A program made the translations under genes and the position numbers. From assembly GCF_000143415.4 (NCBI RefSeq), contig NW_003314317.1, positions 536,138-600,137 of the forward strand: a stretch of 64,000 bases of DNA, given 5' to 3'. The notes beneath the pieces were generated by a model, which worked only from the letters and a program-made list of their open reading frames with translations, was not told the origin of the DNA and searched no databases. This document shows, in pieces, positions 1 through 16,864 of this stretch; within the stretch, counting starts at the first letter, position 1, and every line of letters begins with the position of its first letter. This DNA comes from Selaginella moellendorffii (Eukaryota; Plantae; Lycopodiophyta).

Positions 1-601
1 TAGTTGGCACAACCCAAGCGCTCCACGTGGCAGTTGTAAGGCCGCGTCGCCAATTGGCACTAGCGCACGGGCTCCTGCCACGTCAGCCCCACCCATCCAT
101 GGCCGCAGCCTCGGCATTGACCTGCAGCCGTTAGATCACCCCCAACCCGACGGCGGCGATGGCGTACGCCACCTTCGCGGGCAGCGGGCAGGCCTAAATC
201 CTCTGCGATTTTACGGCGCCGTCACACTTGGCCTCTTTCACAGCGAGCTCGAATTTACCTGTAGAGGAAAAACGCTGCCCGGGTCGCCTCTAGTATAGTG
301 GCGCAGGCGATGGAGAGGAGCGAGGGCGCATAGGGCTTTTGTCCAGCGCCAGTGAGTGAGAGCTTCGCGAGTGCGGCTAGGGTTTTTCGGGGCGATCTCT
401 AGAACACCATCGCGGTGGCGGAGCAGCCTAGAGGTAGGCACGGTCAATCTCCAGCTCCATTGCGCCGCTGCGAGGAATCGCGCACAGGGTTCTGCCGGGA
501 TCGATCGATTCCGGGGCTTTTGGGCCATGCTCTAGCAGGTACTCTGGATCTCTCTCATTGCGGGGCAAAGGATTGGATGTGTGACTGATAGAGCGGAAAG
601 A

Positions 602-2080
602 ATGAAGAGCAAAGGGAGAGGGAAGCCGCGGAAGCGGGCAAAGGCCGAGGATGTGGCCGACCTCGTCAAGACGGAGATAGATGCCGCCGAGGCGCTCGCA
701 GAGTTTAGTAAGCAAGTAGTGGTGGCTCGAGACGACGATTCTGGCATGAAGCTCCAGTGGCAGAGAAAGCGCAAGAGATCTACAAAGTATGGGATGGAGT
801 CGTCCAGCAGCAGTATGTTGGTGGCCTCCAACAGCGCTGTGGATTTCCCACTCGTCAAGGACGAGTACCCTTCGGACAGTGATAAGGAACGCGGTGGTGG
901 TAGCCTTCCTTTGGTGACTTACAACAGGTTTGACACTTCCGAGGATTCCCTGGAGCCGGGCTTTCGGGCTGAGAGCCCGAGCTCACCACTTCCGCCTCTT
1001 GGAACCGAGGGATACTCGGCCTACGTCAAGTCGGAGGCGGGGCTGGTCCAGCAATGCGCGTTCAAGTCATCGCTGGAGTTTGAGGAGAAGCCAAAGGCAA
1101 TCTCCTGGAGCAAGCTCCGTGGGATGAAGCAGCCAAAGCTGGAGGACGCGAGGTCGAGTTTCCATGCAAAGGATAGACGAATGAGTTCTACGCTAGGATG
1201 CGGTAAAGGACGGTCTGCCAGAGCCGTGTTAACCGAGGTAAGCCATTTTGAGTTTCATTGCCTCGTCTAATATGTTTTGCTTTTCTCGAACTTGTCTTCC
1301 AGGAGGAGAAAGAGATCCGCAGACTTCGACGAATAGAAGCAAATCGGGAGTCCGCACGTCAAACCATACGCCGAAAGCAGGTACTTATCATGGGATTACA
1401 TGGCGTGGCAGTAAAGCATGGTCTCTTGATTCGCAGAAAATGTGTGAAGAGATGACGTTGAAAGCGAACGAGCTTTCTTCAGCAAACGATCGATGTAGGA
1501 AGGTAAATGCTCCCTCGCTTTGCTCGTGATTGATCGATTAAGCCTGTGTTTCTTTTCCGTGCAGGAAATCGAAGCGATCCGCGAGGAAAACCGGCGTCTG
1601 TATGAAGCAGGCTGTTCTTTACGAAAGCAGGTACATAACAAGTATGATTCATACTCACGTCTTACATAAAGCGTTGTCTCGCAGCTTGCCGACAAGTACA
1701 TAGAGCTCGGCACCTCCTTCCCAGTTCTTCCGACTTTAGAGGACGAATCCAAGTGTGCAAGGAAGCCGGATGGATTCAAGGAAGCGATCACTGAGACTGT
1801 CCAAGTTAACAGGCAGGATGACAACATAGAATTGGTGGAGTCACAAACCTCACACTCCACAGCAGCAGTGGCTCGCACGAATCAAACAGCGGCGCCGTTG
1901 CTTACAGTGGAACGCTATACAACAATGGTTCCTCCAAGATTTTATAGTTTCCCTTATTCATTTTACACGGGGCGAAAAGATGCGCTAGCAGCAGCTACGG
2001 CAGCTCAGGCCCGGCGACGAAGAAAAGAGCTGACGAGAAGCAAAAATCTGCTGGCCAGGCAAGTTAGCCTTAACTCTTGA
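602..2080 (+). CDS. bZIP transcription factor, group J (bZIP62-like), 5 coding exons (~602-1237, 1303-1380, 1437-1502, 1565-1630, 1685-2080)
   Basis: Basic region EEKEIRRLRRIEANRESARQTIRRKQ, then zipper exons, then C-terminal AAQARRRRKELTRSKNL. GT-AG introns keep the frame. Confidence 0.85.
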
Positions 2081-2350
2081 TACTTTGATCATCTTTCCTC
2101 TCAATTTTCTTCTTTCATGATTTTTTTCTTATCCTTTTTTTTTCATCAACTCTGAGTTGATAGATATGGTTTGAAAAGCAATTATTTTCATGTGACACCC
2201 CAAATTGTATTCTTTATACGCTATAATCTTGAAAGCATGGTTGAATTTTTTGTTTTATTTTGCAAATAGTGGGAGGAAAAAAACCAAGCAGTGGCACAAA
2301 CTCCCCACTCAATCAATACAAATTAGCAGCAATTATCGGGTTTTCATTGT

Positions 2351-3132
2351 TTACTCAAACTGTGGGACTATTCCTCCAGCAGCAACAATTTGTTCTTCCA
2401 GCTACACAAAATGTTTCATTACAAAATCTTAATGGTAAAGAAAAATCTCGTTTTTGAACCTGAAGAAGTGTTTCCAACCTTGCTTTCACCAATTGATACT
2501 CCCGTTTAACTTGTTGAAGGCAATTCACACACCTGAAACAACAAAAGGATCTCATAGTATTTGAGAAGTTTTTGAAAGAATCCTGGTTCACCCTTCTTTG
2601 TTTGAAGCATCACAACACTGCCGAAAGCTAATGCAAACATTCTTCACGCGTTGCGCTCCAATGCTGTGAGTTCGATCGATTCGTCTGTGAGAAAGTAAAA
2701 GGATGTTTTGCGTAGATACCTGGAGCTACTGCCTTTGAACTGATGAACATGAGCATCAAGAACTTTGAAGTCAAGAGGATCAGTCTCACTGCCAACAAAA
2801 ATGACAAAGAGACACATACGCATCAAATCAAAAGAGAAGTTAAGTTAAAACTCACAGTGTTTCAGTGATGCTGTCGATTATTTTCTCGGAGTCCTCGAAA
2901 AAGAGCGTTACAACTTCCGCCACGAATCCTGGATTGCTTGGGTCCTGTAACTGTTGGAGCTGGACAAACTGATCATCGAGAAATCCCTGGATTCCAAAAA
3001 AGAAAAAACCAAAAAAAAAAAAGAAAACGAGGAAGAATGAGAGGTTCGAGCCTTGATAACCAAAATCCAAACCTCCTTGAACATGTCCTCTGTCAGCTCC
3101 ACGTATTTTTGCTCCAGCGGGGCTGCAGCCAT
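2351..3132 (-). CDS. AHP: Histidine-containing phosphotransfer protein (AHP/HPt, cytokinin two-component relay), 6 exons
   Basis: Exons give [53 protein letters not shown] (phospho-His intact), [11 protein letters not shown], and [16 protein letters not shown]. Confidence 0.92.
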
Positions 3133-3611
3133 CCCTAATTCGATCGATCCAATCCTCCCCAGCGGCACAAAGATCCGATGGCCTCCTCACGGACGAATGC
3201 TCATGATCCGCTGCAAGGAATTCTTAGCAAATCGCCAGAAAAGCTATCGATCGGAGCTCACCCTCGTTCGCCTCCCAGCCCTAGCGATCATCCAAATTAC
3301 CCTCCCCTGGCCAAAGAGGACAGAGAAAAAAAAAACCCAAAAAAAACCATGAGAGGAGAAAAGCTGTAGTATATTCCAGCTCGAGCCAATGCCATCCAAC
3401 CACATAGAGAATAGCAGCAAGAACAATTGCAACACAGCCTGGAAGGAAAGACGGACAAAACCGAGCAAGGGGAGGGAAAACCTAAAATAGTGGCGATCGA
3501 ATTTCCTCCAAATCTTCTCGCGCGCCACGCGACATAGCCCCAAAGCGTGGCAAATCTTCGCGAAGAAAATCTCGCTCGCTCGCCATTGCCACTCCGTCGG
3601 CCCTAAAGCTT

Positions 3612-3625
3612 TGTGGCGGGAAATT
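3612..3625. promoter_or_regulatory. E2F-type site (TTTCCCGCC on - strand) in the divergent AHP/ISWI promoter
   Basis: GGCGGGAAA at ~3615-3623, in the 650-bp head-to-head intergenic region. Confidence 0.3.
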
Positions 3626-3779
3626 TTTTGACCGAAATATTGGGGCGATCGTGGCCGTCCGTTGCCGCAGCAACGGCTCGGATGCGCATGAGGCCGCCCT
3701 TGATGCCTATGCTCCCCTGGAAGCTGCGCCTAAAGGAACGAAGAGTGTGAGTTAGGTTTTCTTAGAGCTGCTAGGGTTG

Positions 3780-8316
<4,537 letters not shown>

Positions 8317-8555
8317 TCCGGGGCTATTCTTTTTAGTTGTACAGTTTTGATTGTTAATGGTCATCAGTGACTTTATGCCACTTTAACCCTTGACTATAAT
8401 TTGTCAGCCCTAATCGGACGAATAAACTTTTAGGGCAAGCAGCATTAAGGTCTAGAAGCCACTGGCTAAAGCCTAACCCTAATTTGACTTCCTTCTTTAA
8501 TCCTCTTATATACAAACCCATATAAATGGGAGGAACAGGAAACATTGGAATGTAC

Positions 8556-11075
8556 TTATTTTTGACTTTCGAGTTCCAGTATGAGCTGCTCCATGGTCTT
8601 CCTGTATATTGGCATGTAGTGATCATTCACCATGGTTCGCGACAACCGCACCTTCCCATATAGCCTCCTGTTCGTCTCAAACAGTCCCACCCTCGCCTTG
8701 AATTCCTGCTCGCCACCATCGCTGCCCGAGTCCTCTGGCAGCGGCGAAACCATGTGAATCACTCGACCTGGGGGATAGAACCGATTGCGCTCTCGGCCAC
8801 AGCCTTGTTCTTCCGATGGCAAAACTATGTCCCTTCCCATCTCGGTCGCGGACGCCATCACGTCCTCCTCCTCTTTGGTGATCTCCTTAGCTGCTCGCTC
8901 TTCTTCTTCCCGCCCCAGGCGATCCTCCTCCTTTTGCCGCTGGAGTTCTTCTTCCAGCTCCTGCCACAGATACTCCTCGCCAATGCTTACGTGATCCGCT
9001 GCCTCCTGGGAGCTGGAACCGGGAAATTCTGCTTCAATCTCCATTTCCTCCTGAGTCTCCACGGACCACTTTGTGTCCTCCTGAGTCTCCACGGACCACT
9101 TTGTTTCCTCCTGAGTTTCCACAGACCACTTTGTTTCTTCCACCTCGGTGAAGGTGGACGAGCACGGAAGAGAATCCGCCTTTGGAGCCTCTTCCATTCC
9201 CCCTTCACTCTCTTTAATACTCGTCACTGTACTCGTTACTGTGTTTGCACGCCTACGCGGCCCGATGCACGCCCATCCAGACAGTCCGGTCAATCCGAGC
9301 GATGGCCGAGTCCGAACAACTGCCATTGCAACGTTCTGCGCTTGTTTCATGACAACCTGGACGCATTAAAACACGTAGTTAGAAATTGGTGCAGGACGCT
9401 GGACGATGGACGGGGGGAATGGAACTCAACGAAGTACCAGGTTGGAAAGATGACAAAGATTGCTTTGCCAGTATATCCTAACACGGTTCGTCCAAGGATA
9501 GAAGAAACCCGGAAGAGCTTCTCCGAAAAAGATGTAGGCCTAATCTTTGCTGGAGAAGGATCAGGAGAGTGGAGAAAGGGGAAAGCATTGTGTTCGTTAC
9601 GGGATAGTAGATACCTGGGTGCTGCTGCTGACTGGCTTCCAGATAGCCCCCGCGCTAGCGACTCCAGTTCGCATCCTTGCCATTGATGGCAATCTGCTAC
9701 TTACTGCTGTAGCAGAACGATACACTGTCCGCAAGATTCTTGTTCGTTCGATCTGCTCCTTGAAATCACTGACCCAAGCAGAAGATGTCACCTATTTCAG
9801 AAAAATGAATTTCACAGCGAAAGGGAGAAGTATGAGCAGCAAACTACTTACTTCAGCTCGTAAATCGTCCACAGATGCAGCAGAAAACGTTGGCACCAGG
9901 TCTGAACCGTTTACGACAGACGTCACAAATGGCAATCCAGACTCCGCAAGCTCCCACGTCATGCAAGCAGCTGATAATAGTAGAATGTTAGCAAAGTCTC
10001 GGCTCTAAAAAATAGTTATCTACCAGGAGCGAAGGATACACAATTCGCTGAACTGAATTCCTTCTTCTCTCGAAGAATATACGTCAGCAAAGCAGCCGTG
10101 CCGCCGCCAAGTGAATGACCAACTATCTGGATCAAACGTAAGCGTCAAAATGGGAGTTCCAATCACGCCTCTTACCTTTATTCGATAGCCGGGAGACTTA
10201 TTTAAAGCTTCAAGCAAATGCGGAGTAGCTAGCTGAGCAATCCACCTTGCAGCAGCAACCATGCCGCAATGAGCATATCCCAAAACCAAACTTTCCACGC
10301 CTCCGTTATGCAGAACCGTGAGATGGAAGGGGACAACCGCTCCCGTGACAGCCGTTAACGTGTCCTTGATGCTATGAGTTCCACGGATGACAAGAAGTAT
10401 GGATTCGGTCTTGTCATCCCTCAACACACAAAAGGCGGGCTTCAACAGCTGCACGAAAGAAAAGAAATAGCTCACTTAATCGACTAGTCCCGAAAAGAAA
10501 GAACCAACATACCGCAGCCTTCGGTTCTTGAAGAATCACTTGATCCTTAGAGAAGCCAGTTTCTTCCAGGAACAAAGGGAACGGCTTCTTCGAAAAATGT
10601 AGACATATAAGAAGCAATCGCAAGAGCTCCTTCAACGTATTCACAACCTCCAAGCCTGTAAGCTGGCAACCATCGCCAGCGAAAACACTAGCTACGTGGA
10701 GATGTCCCTGCGAAGACGAAAGAAGAGTAGCTGATTTAACAAGAAAAGCACTACTTCCACACTTCCACTTACTTGACGCCGGAGAAGGTAATTGATTCCA
10801 AACGCCAAATCCCCAATCGGCCATTTCCCAAGAGTCTCCGAGTAAGTAAACCGCAAAGTCTCCATAATCGTGGCAAGAGCTTCCAGCCATGTCGATGGAG
10901 CTCGGACGAGCCGAGGCATCCTCAAGGAGCTGGAGCTGGAGCTCCTACTGGATTCCCCGCCCTCATCCAGCTCGCCAAATTCATCCACACCGCGCCTTCC
11001 CCATGGAATCCCCCATCTCGAGTAGTAATACAGGGCAGCTGCTCCAGCCGCCGTCGCAAGCGTCGCCGTAGCCAT
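8556..11075 (-). CDS. Class-3 lipase / diacylglycerol-lipase-like protein, multi-exon
   Basis: N-terminal ETLRFTYSETLGKWPIGDLAFGI, LLVIRGTHSIKDTLT, YAHCGMVAAARWI, nucleophile elbow IVGHSLGGG, DLVPTFS, FYPPGRVIHM, SRTMVNDHYMP. Confidence 0.9.
9043..9141 (-). repeat. Coding tandem repeat, 3 x 30 bp (E[ED]TKWSVETQ) in the lipase
   Basis: tcctcctgagtctccacggaccactttgt(g/t)-type unit repeated three times. Confidence 0.85.
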
Positions 11076-11509
11076 CGCGCTCCAGAGCTTCGATCATCCC
11101 TCGGACATGGAGCTGTAAAGCGCGCATTCGATCGAGAGGGAGCGGTTCCAGCAGCGTAGCCTTACCTGGAGAGATTGCAGAACCCTAGAAGCAGATCCAG
11201 CTCGCCGTGAGGATTTCGCACGGAAAATGCGATGACTCCCCCGAGAAATTCCACCGCCTTCCCTAGTCACAGAACAAACGTTGCGTCGCTTCTCCTCCGT
11301 TAGGTCTAAAAAGGTCACATATGTCCGGAGGATATCCTCCTTGGAACCGTTGGATAATCCAATAGGGCTGCTTACGTGGGCCGTCGGATGTCGCCGTAAG
11401 GCCAAGTGTCACACCGCGAATCCGACGACCACGATTTCTTCCAGACCGGAAGTGCCACACCGCGAAATTCGACGGCCAGGATTTCTTCTAGACGGGAATC
11501 AATGGCCAG

Positions 11510-14020
11510 ATGTCGAGCAGCCTGTCGCTTCTTTGTTCCAAGCAAGGCCCACTCCACGCGTTGAGGGCTTTTGCGAGCGCTCATGTTCTTCACGTCGATA
11601 GGGCTCACAGCGAGGCGGATCTGGCACGCCAGTGCAACGATGCCAGAGATCTCTCCCATGCCCGCCAAATCCACGCTCGAATTCTCGCCACCGAGTGGCG
11701 CGGCAGCGTTTTCCTGGGAAATCAGGTTATTCATATGTATGGGCGATGCGGTAGCGTCGGCGACGCCGATCGTGTGTTTCACGCGATGGAGCGGCGGAAT
11801 CTCTTCTCATGGAACATCGTCCTCGCGGCATATGCCCAGAACGGGCATCTTGCCGAGTGTAATGCCGGGTTCTCGAGGATTCCGGAATGGAATGTTGTGT
11901 CGTGGACGGTGATGATGGTGGCTTACACACAAAGAGGGAATGTCCAGGGCGCGAAGGAAACGTTCGATCAAATGCCGGAGCGGAATGTCGTGTCTTGGAC
12001 GACCATGATCTCGCTATATGCCCAGTCAGGGCATTTCGAAGATGCCAAGAGAATGTTCTCTTTAATTCCGGAATGCACTGTGGTATCCTGGACGGTCATT
12101 TTCCAAGCCCACGTTACCAACGGCCAGATCGACAGCGCCAAAGCCGTGTTTGACGAAATGCCCGAGAGGAACGTGGTCGCGTGGACGGCCATGGTCTCGG
12201 CATATTCCAACCTCCACAGGCCGGAAGATTCGCTCGCGTGGCTCAGCAGGATGCCACAGTGGAACGTGGTCACGTGCAACGTCATGCTGGACGGCTACGT
12301 GGCACGGGGCCTCTTTGACGACGCCGCCGCGCAGTTCCACGTCGTCCCCAAGGATGTGGTGACGTGGAACACCATGCTGACGGCATGCACGGAGCACGGC
12401 CACGTCGACCTCGCGGTTGAAATGTTCCACAGGATGCCGCAGCACACCGTCGTGACGTGGAACGCGATGATAGCCGGGTATGCCCGTAACGGGCATCTGG
12501 ACGAGTCAAGGGCGCTGTTTGACTGCCTAGACGAACGCAACGCGGTGACGTGGACAACCATGATTTCGGCGTACGCGCAGTGTAGATTACTGCGGGAAGC
12601 CGCGGTTCTGTTTCACGAGATGCCGCAGTTAGACGCACGGCCGTGGCACGTCATGGTTGCGGCATATGCCGAGGCAGGGCAGTTTGACGACGCCAAGGCG
12701 CTGTTTGAGCAGTCCGACGCTCGGGATTCCACCACGTGGACGGCCATGATGGGCGCTTATGCTCACCACGGCCAGTGGGAACAATCCAAGGCCTTGTTCG
12801 ATGGAATGCCGAGAAGAGCTGTGGAGCCATGGAACAATTTGATCTCGGTGTATGGCCAATGCGGCTATCTGCAAGACGCGATCGAGGCATTCCATAAGAT
12901 TCCCCACCGGGACGTGATCTCCTGGAACTCGATCCTCACGGCCACCGCGCAAAATGGACGCCTGGACGATGCCGAGGAGCTCTTTCGCCAAATCCCCGAG
13001 ACGAATCCAGTTTCTTACAACATCCTCCTCCAGGCGCACGCTCAATCCGGCAACATCGATCGAGCGCTCGCTTTGTTTCGATCGATGCCAGGGCTCGGGA
13101 TCCTGGCGTGGACGGCGATGGTCCTGCTCTACGCCAAGACCGGCAATCTGAACGACGCGCGGGAATTTTTCCACAGAATGCCGCAGCGCGACGCCTTCTC
13201 GTGCATCACCATGATCGCGGTGAGCGCGATGAAGGGGAATCTTTCTGAATCAAACCAGTGCTTTCGCGAGATCCGCTACCACAACCTCGCGTCCTGGACG
13301 ACGATGCTAGTGGCAAATGCCCAGAACGGGCATCTGGAGGTAGCGCGAGCGTTGTTTGATCTCATGCCCGTACGAGACAACGTATCATGGAACGCGATGA
13401 TCACGGGCTACGCCTCGAAGGGCCGTACGGAAGAGGCCCGGCGGATATTCGAGTCCATGCCGGAGCGCAACGCGGCATCTTTCGGCGCCATGATCTCGGC
13501 ATATGCCCAGAACGGGTATATTCCCCAGGCGCGCGAGGTCTTCGAGAGTGGCGGCTCCTCCCAGCACGACGCCTGGAACGCCCTGATCGCGGCACTGGCG
13601 CGCGATGGCCACGCCGCCGACGCGATCCATCTCTCGCGCGCGATGGCGCTCGAGGGCTACGCGCTGGATGGGGAGTCCTTCACGGCCATCCTCACGGCGT
13701 GCTGCCACTCGGGCAACATTGGGCGAGGGATCCGTGAGTTTGGATCGATCGTGGATCACGGGCTGAGCCCAATTGGATCTCACTACTGCCGGATGATCGA
13801 TCTCCTGGGGCGTGCCGGGGAGCTGGGCAAGGCGGAGGATTTGATCGCGGCAATGCCATTCCCGCCCTGCGATGTGGCGTGGGGGACGCTCTTGGGTGCG
13901 TGTAAGGTCTCGCCAGATGTGGAGAGGGGGATGCGAGCGGCAGGGCAGGCATTGGAACTGGATGGCCAGAGATCCGGCCCCTATATCATGCTCTCCAACT
14001 TGTACACGAGAGAGGCGTAG
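11510..14020 (+). CDS. PLS-class pentatricopeptide repeat protein with E domain, no DYW (organellar RNA-editing factor type)
   Basis: Intronless 836-aa ORF with ~31-aa repeats (VVSWTTMISLYAQSG..AKRMF..MP), HYCRMIDLLGRAGEL, AWGTLLGAC, ending PYIMLSNLY. Confidence 0.93.
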   Translation: MSSSLSLLCSKQGPLHALRAFASAHVLHVDRAHSEADLARQCNDARDLSHARQIHARILATEWRGSVFLGNQVIHMYGRCGSVGDADRVFHAMERRNLFSWNIVLAAYAQNGHLAECNAGFSRIPEWNVVSWTVMMVAYTQRGNVQGAKETFDQMPERNVVSWTTMISLYAQSGHFEDAKRMFSLIPECTVVSWTVIFQAHVTNGQIDSAKAVFDEMPERNVVAWTAMVSAYSNLHRPEDSLAWLSRMPQWNVVTCNVMLDGYVARGLFDDAAAQFHVVPKDVVTWNTMLTACTEHGHVDLAVEMFHRMPQHTVVTWNAMIAGYARNGHLDESRALFDCLDERNAVTWTTMISAYAQCRLLREAAVLFHEMPQLDARPWHVMVAAYAEAGQFDDAKALFEQSDARDSTTWTAMMGAYAHHGQWEQSKALFDGMPRRAVEPWNNLISVYGQCGYLQDAIEAFHKIPHRDVISWNSILTATAQNGRLDDAEELFRQIPETNPVSYNILLQAHAQSGNIDRALALFRSMPGLGILAWTAMVLLYAKTGNLNDAREFFHRMPQRDAFSCITMIAVSAMKGNLSESNQCFREIRYHNLASWTTMLVANAQNGHLEVARALFDLMPVRDNVSWNAMITGYASKGRTEEARRIFESMPERNAASFGAMISAYAQNGYIPQAREVFESGGSSQHDAWNALIAALARDGHAADAIHLSRAMALEGYALDGESFTAILTACCHSGNIGRGIREFGSIVDHGLSPIGSHYCRMIDLLGRAGELGKAEDLIAAMPFPPCDVAWGTLLGACKVSPDVERGMRAAGQALELDGQRSGPYIMLSNLYTREA

Positions 14021-14209
14021 ATTGTCTGTAAGGATTGATCAAAAACAGCCTGGATTTTGTCACAGGAACTGACACATTCGTTTCTAGAAGGATGGATTGA
14101 TCTAACTTCCTTTTGAATTTAACTCGATTTTAATAATTTTTTACCTTTTTTCTTTTATCTTTCTAACCATTTTTATGATTTTAACCAAATAATAAAATCA
14201 AATTTATAT

Positions 14210-14230
14210 TGTGAGGTCCATGCACTCACA
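14210..14230 (+). mobile_element. 21-bp collapsed LTR remnant of the Gypsy A family
   Basis: TGTGAGG (LTR 5' end) joined to TCCATGCACTCACA (exact last 14 nt of the LTR at 22385-22559), with ATAT on both sides. Confidence 0.55.
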
Positions 14231-14280
14231 ATATGATATTATTTTTATTAGGAAATCCTAAAAAGGTTCTTAAGTAAGTA

Positions 14281-14930
14281 CCTTTTGCACTCAGTTCCAT
14301 AATACGTACATGCATTGCAGCTTGACTCCCCTTCCATAAGCAAGAATAATCTCGCTAATCATAGTCAGTTGTGTCACTTTGGTTTAGTAGTTTTCCTTCT
14401 GGAGATACCTACAAAGTTCCAACCTTAAGAAAAGAAGACAATTAAAAACCTCATACACAGAAAGACCCTCATACCCTTTATATCGTGAGGCCCTCCTTTA
14501 GCAACCCAGCCTTGAACATCCTCTATTTCACTCTTCACCTGGGCGTCTCCTCACCACATGTTTCAATCGCATCAGCATGCTCCGAATAGTCCACTCTTCT
14601 CACATGGTTTAAGAATTAAAACAAGCAAATGGTGTCGAGGGTATTCCTTGGGCCTTGATTGGTGAGTCTTGGATGATGATGTTGGTTCGATCAAGTTCCA
14701 CGACCACCACAACTGATGCGGTCTTGTTTTAGATCAGATCTCAGGAACAGGAAGAGGAACGTACATCCTCCGGCTCGGAGACCCTCAACGTCTATAAACG
14801 TATGACATTCATGCTTCTTTCCGTTAGCGAACAAGTGCTAGTATAGCTTTAGATAGAATTGTCAGACTGTGGAAAACGTTGGCTATCTTTATGGGGGCCC
14901 GATCTAGTGCCGCTGAGATTGCTCAACGAT
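14281..14930 (-). pseudogene. Deleted, degenerate paralog of the orphan gene at 16389-17520
   Basis: Colinear blocks such as ccataagcaagaata..atcatagtcagttgtg, ttttccttctggagatacctacaaa, cgttcgatcaagttccacgacca, tcagatctcaggaacaggaa. Confidence 0.7.
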
Positions 14931-15027
14931 TTAACGCTATGTTTTGCTCTCAAACTGGAAAGACAAGCTCGCATGCAGGTGAGTGCTAAATTCTTTGGAT
15001 GCTTCTTCTTTGCTGTTTTCTTCCAAG

Positions 15028-16250
15028 TGTAATGAAGCAAATGGAGCTCAGAAACGTGAGCCATCCATGAAGAAGTTAGACAAGAAGAAGCCGAGATCTA
15101 GCATGGCGGCAGCAGTAGCAAGGGGAGCAAGAGTCACAAGCGAAGGTAAGCACACAGGAATAGGATGTGAAGATAACACAATTGGGCGAGTGGTACTTAA
15201 GAAAGTAACAACAAGCAAGGCTGCGAGGAGGGAGAGGAGGAAATGTCTAGATTTCTCCCCACTCATGTGATGCTTTCTATTGGCTTACCTCAACGCTCCC
15301 TCGTAATCCAAGTGTCACCCAACCTAAGCCTAGTGCAGAATGAACAAATTTGTAAGGTCCTAATGGCTTGGTGAGGATGTTGGCCAATCTCTCTCCCATA
15401 GGAACATAATCGATGTACATTACTCGTGCTTTGACTTATTCTCACACGTAATGGAACTGCCCAAGAATGTGTTTGTTGTGACCATGGAAGACTGGATTCC
15501 ACGTCATTAATATGCTGCTTTGATTGTCACACCTCTTTAATTTTTGGATCAAGCTTCTTGTGTAACTAATCTAGAACATGGGCATATGTGGTGCAATTAA
15601 CATGCAAAGATGTGAAATATCAAACTTCTTTCCAGACCACACTTCCTCCAGAGTTTGGCCACCTTTTAGTGCAGTGGTGGCTAAACAATTTTGCACATGC
15701 ATCACCATAGCAAATGCCTTTTGCCAGAATGCCTAGCCTAATTTAGCATAAAAAAGAAGGATGCATGCTGCATTGTGTTTGATTCTTCCTCTCAGTGATA
15801 CCATTTTGTTGTGGGGTGTATTGTGCAGTGATTTAGTGTTCACATGACAAAAGTCTTGAAGAGAATGGTTAAAATACTCCTTTCCACCATTAATTCGCAA
15901 TGCGCTAATTTTCTGCTCTAAGATTTGTTTCAATGAAAACTTTGTAGTGTTTGAAGGTCTCTTAGCCTCGTGCTTTCCTCGCAAGAAGAATATGCATGTT
16001 TTACGATTGAAATCATCAACTAGCATCATGAAATATTTCACACCAAAGTGATTGGGAACATTCATAGGCCCACACAAATCTGAGTGAACAAGTTCTAGTG
16101 GATATTTGTTTTGACACATTGATGAAGCAAAATTTTGCTGATGAGGATGTTTCCCTAGCATACATGTCTCGCAGAAGGGGTGTGTAATCTTTATCCCAAG
16201 GTTCAGCCCCATAACAATGTTTCATGTCTTTATATCGGGAAGGAAGTATT
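15028..16250 (-). mobile_element. Ty1/Copia remnant: putative 3' LTR 15028-15295, PPT, RNase H end, integrase fragment
   Basis: CETCMLGK..PLELVHSDLCGPM..KYFMMLVDDFNR (gag-pre-int/rve). LANILTKPL RNase H end. Purine tract GAGGGAG followed by (T>C)GTTG..TTACA. Confidence 0.8.
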
Positions 16251-16388
16251 GCCCTCAGTAAAGCAATTGACTGGCAAAAGGGTATTTGAGAGAAAGGCTA
16301 GGCTGAAAAAATCAATTTCTATAATTTTATATTTATTGATATTATTATTATCGCTTAACCCTAACCGTACCACGAATTCATAAAAACC

Positions 16389-16864
16389 TTATGCCATAAC
16401 TCTATACCCTTTTGCACTCAATTCCATAAGCTCTGCAAAAATTGCATCTTGACTCTCCTGCCATAAGCAAGAATAGTTTCGCCAATCATAGTCAGTTGTG
16501 CCACTAGTTTGGTCCACCGATTCCAATACTTTTCCTTCTGGAGATACCTACAAATTTCCAACCTCAAGAAAAGAAGATGAAAGAAAAACAGTTGAAAACC
16601 TACCTTCTGGACCAAATACCTCACATATACATGCTCCTCATCATCCCACAGAAAGAGAGCCAGAGCCCGCATACCTTTTTCATCAGGAGGGAAGTATTGC
16701 CCTCCTTTGACAACCCAGCCCTGAACATCTTCTATATCAATCTTCACAGGGAAGTAATCCCTCTCAGTCACAGGATCGACGATGGGCGTCTCCTCGACAG
16801 AGAAATCCACCACATACCCGGGATGTTTCAACCGCATCAGCATGCTCCGGATAGCTTCTTCCAT
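16389..16864 (-). CDS. Hypothetical orphan protein or pseudogene (2 exons seen; upstream frame blocked by a stop)
   Basis: ORF MEEAIRSML..VRYLVQK splices GT-AG to VSPEGKVLES..GYRVMA*. No recognised domain. Confidence 0.4.

Noticed and set aside
8754-9686. 310-aa plus-strand ORF and similar shadow ORFs over the PPR, transposase and pol genes
   Set aside because: Antisense or alternate-frame to well-supported genes, with no recognisable motifs.
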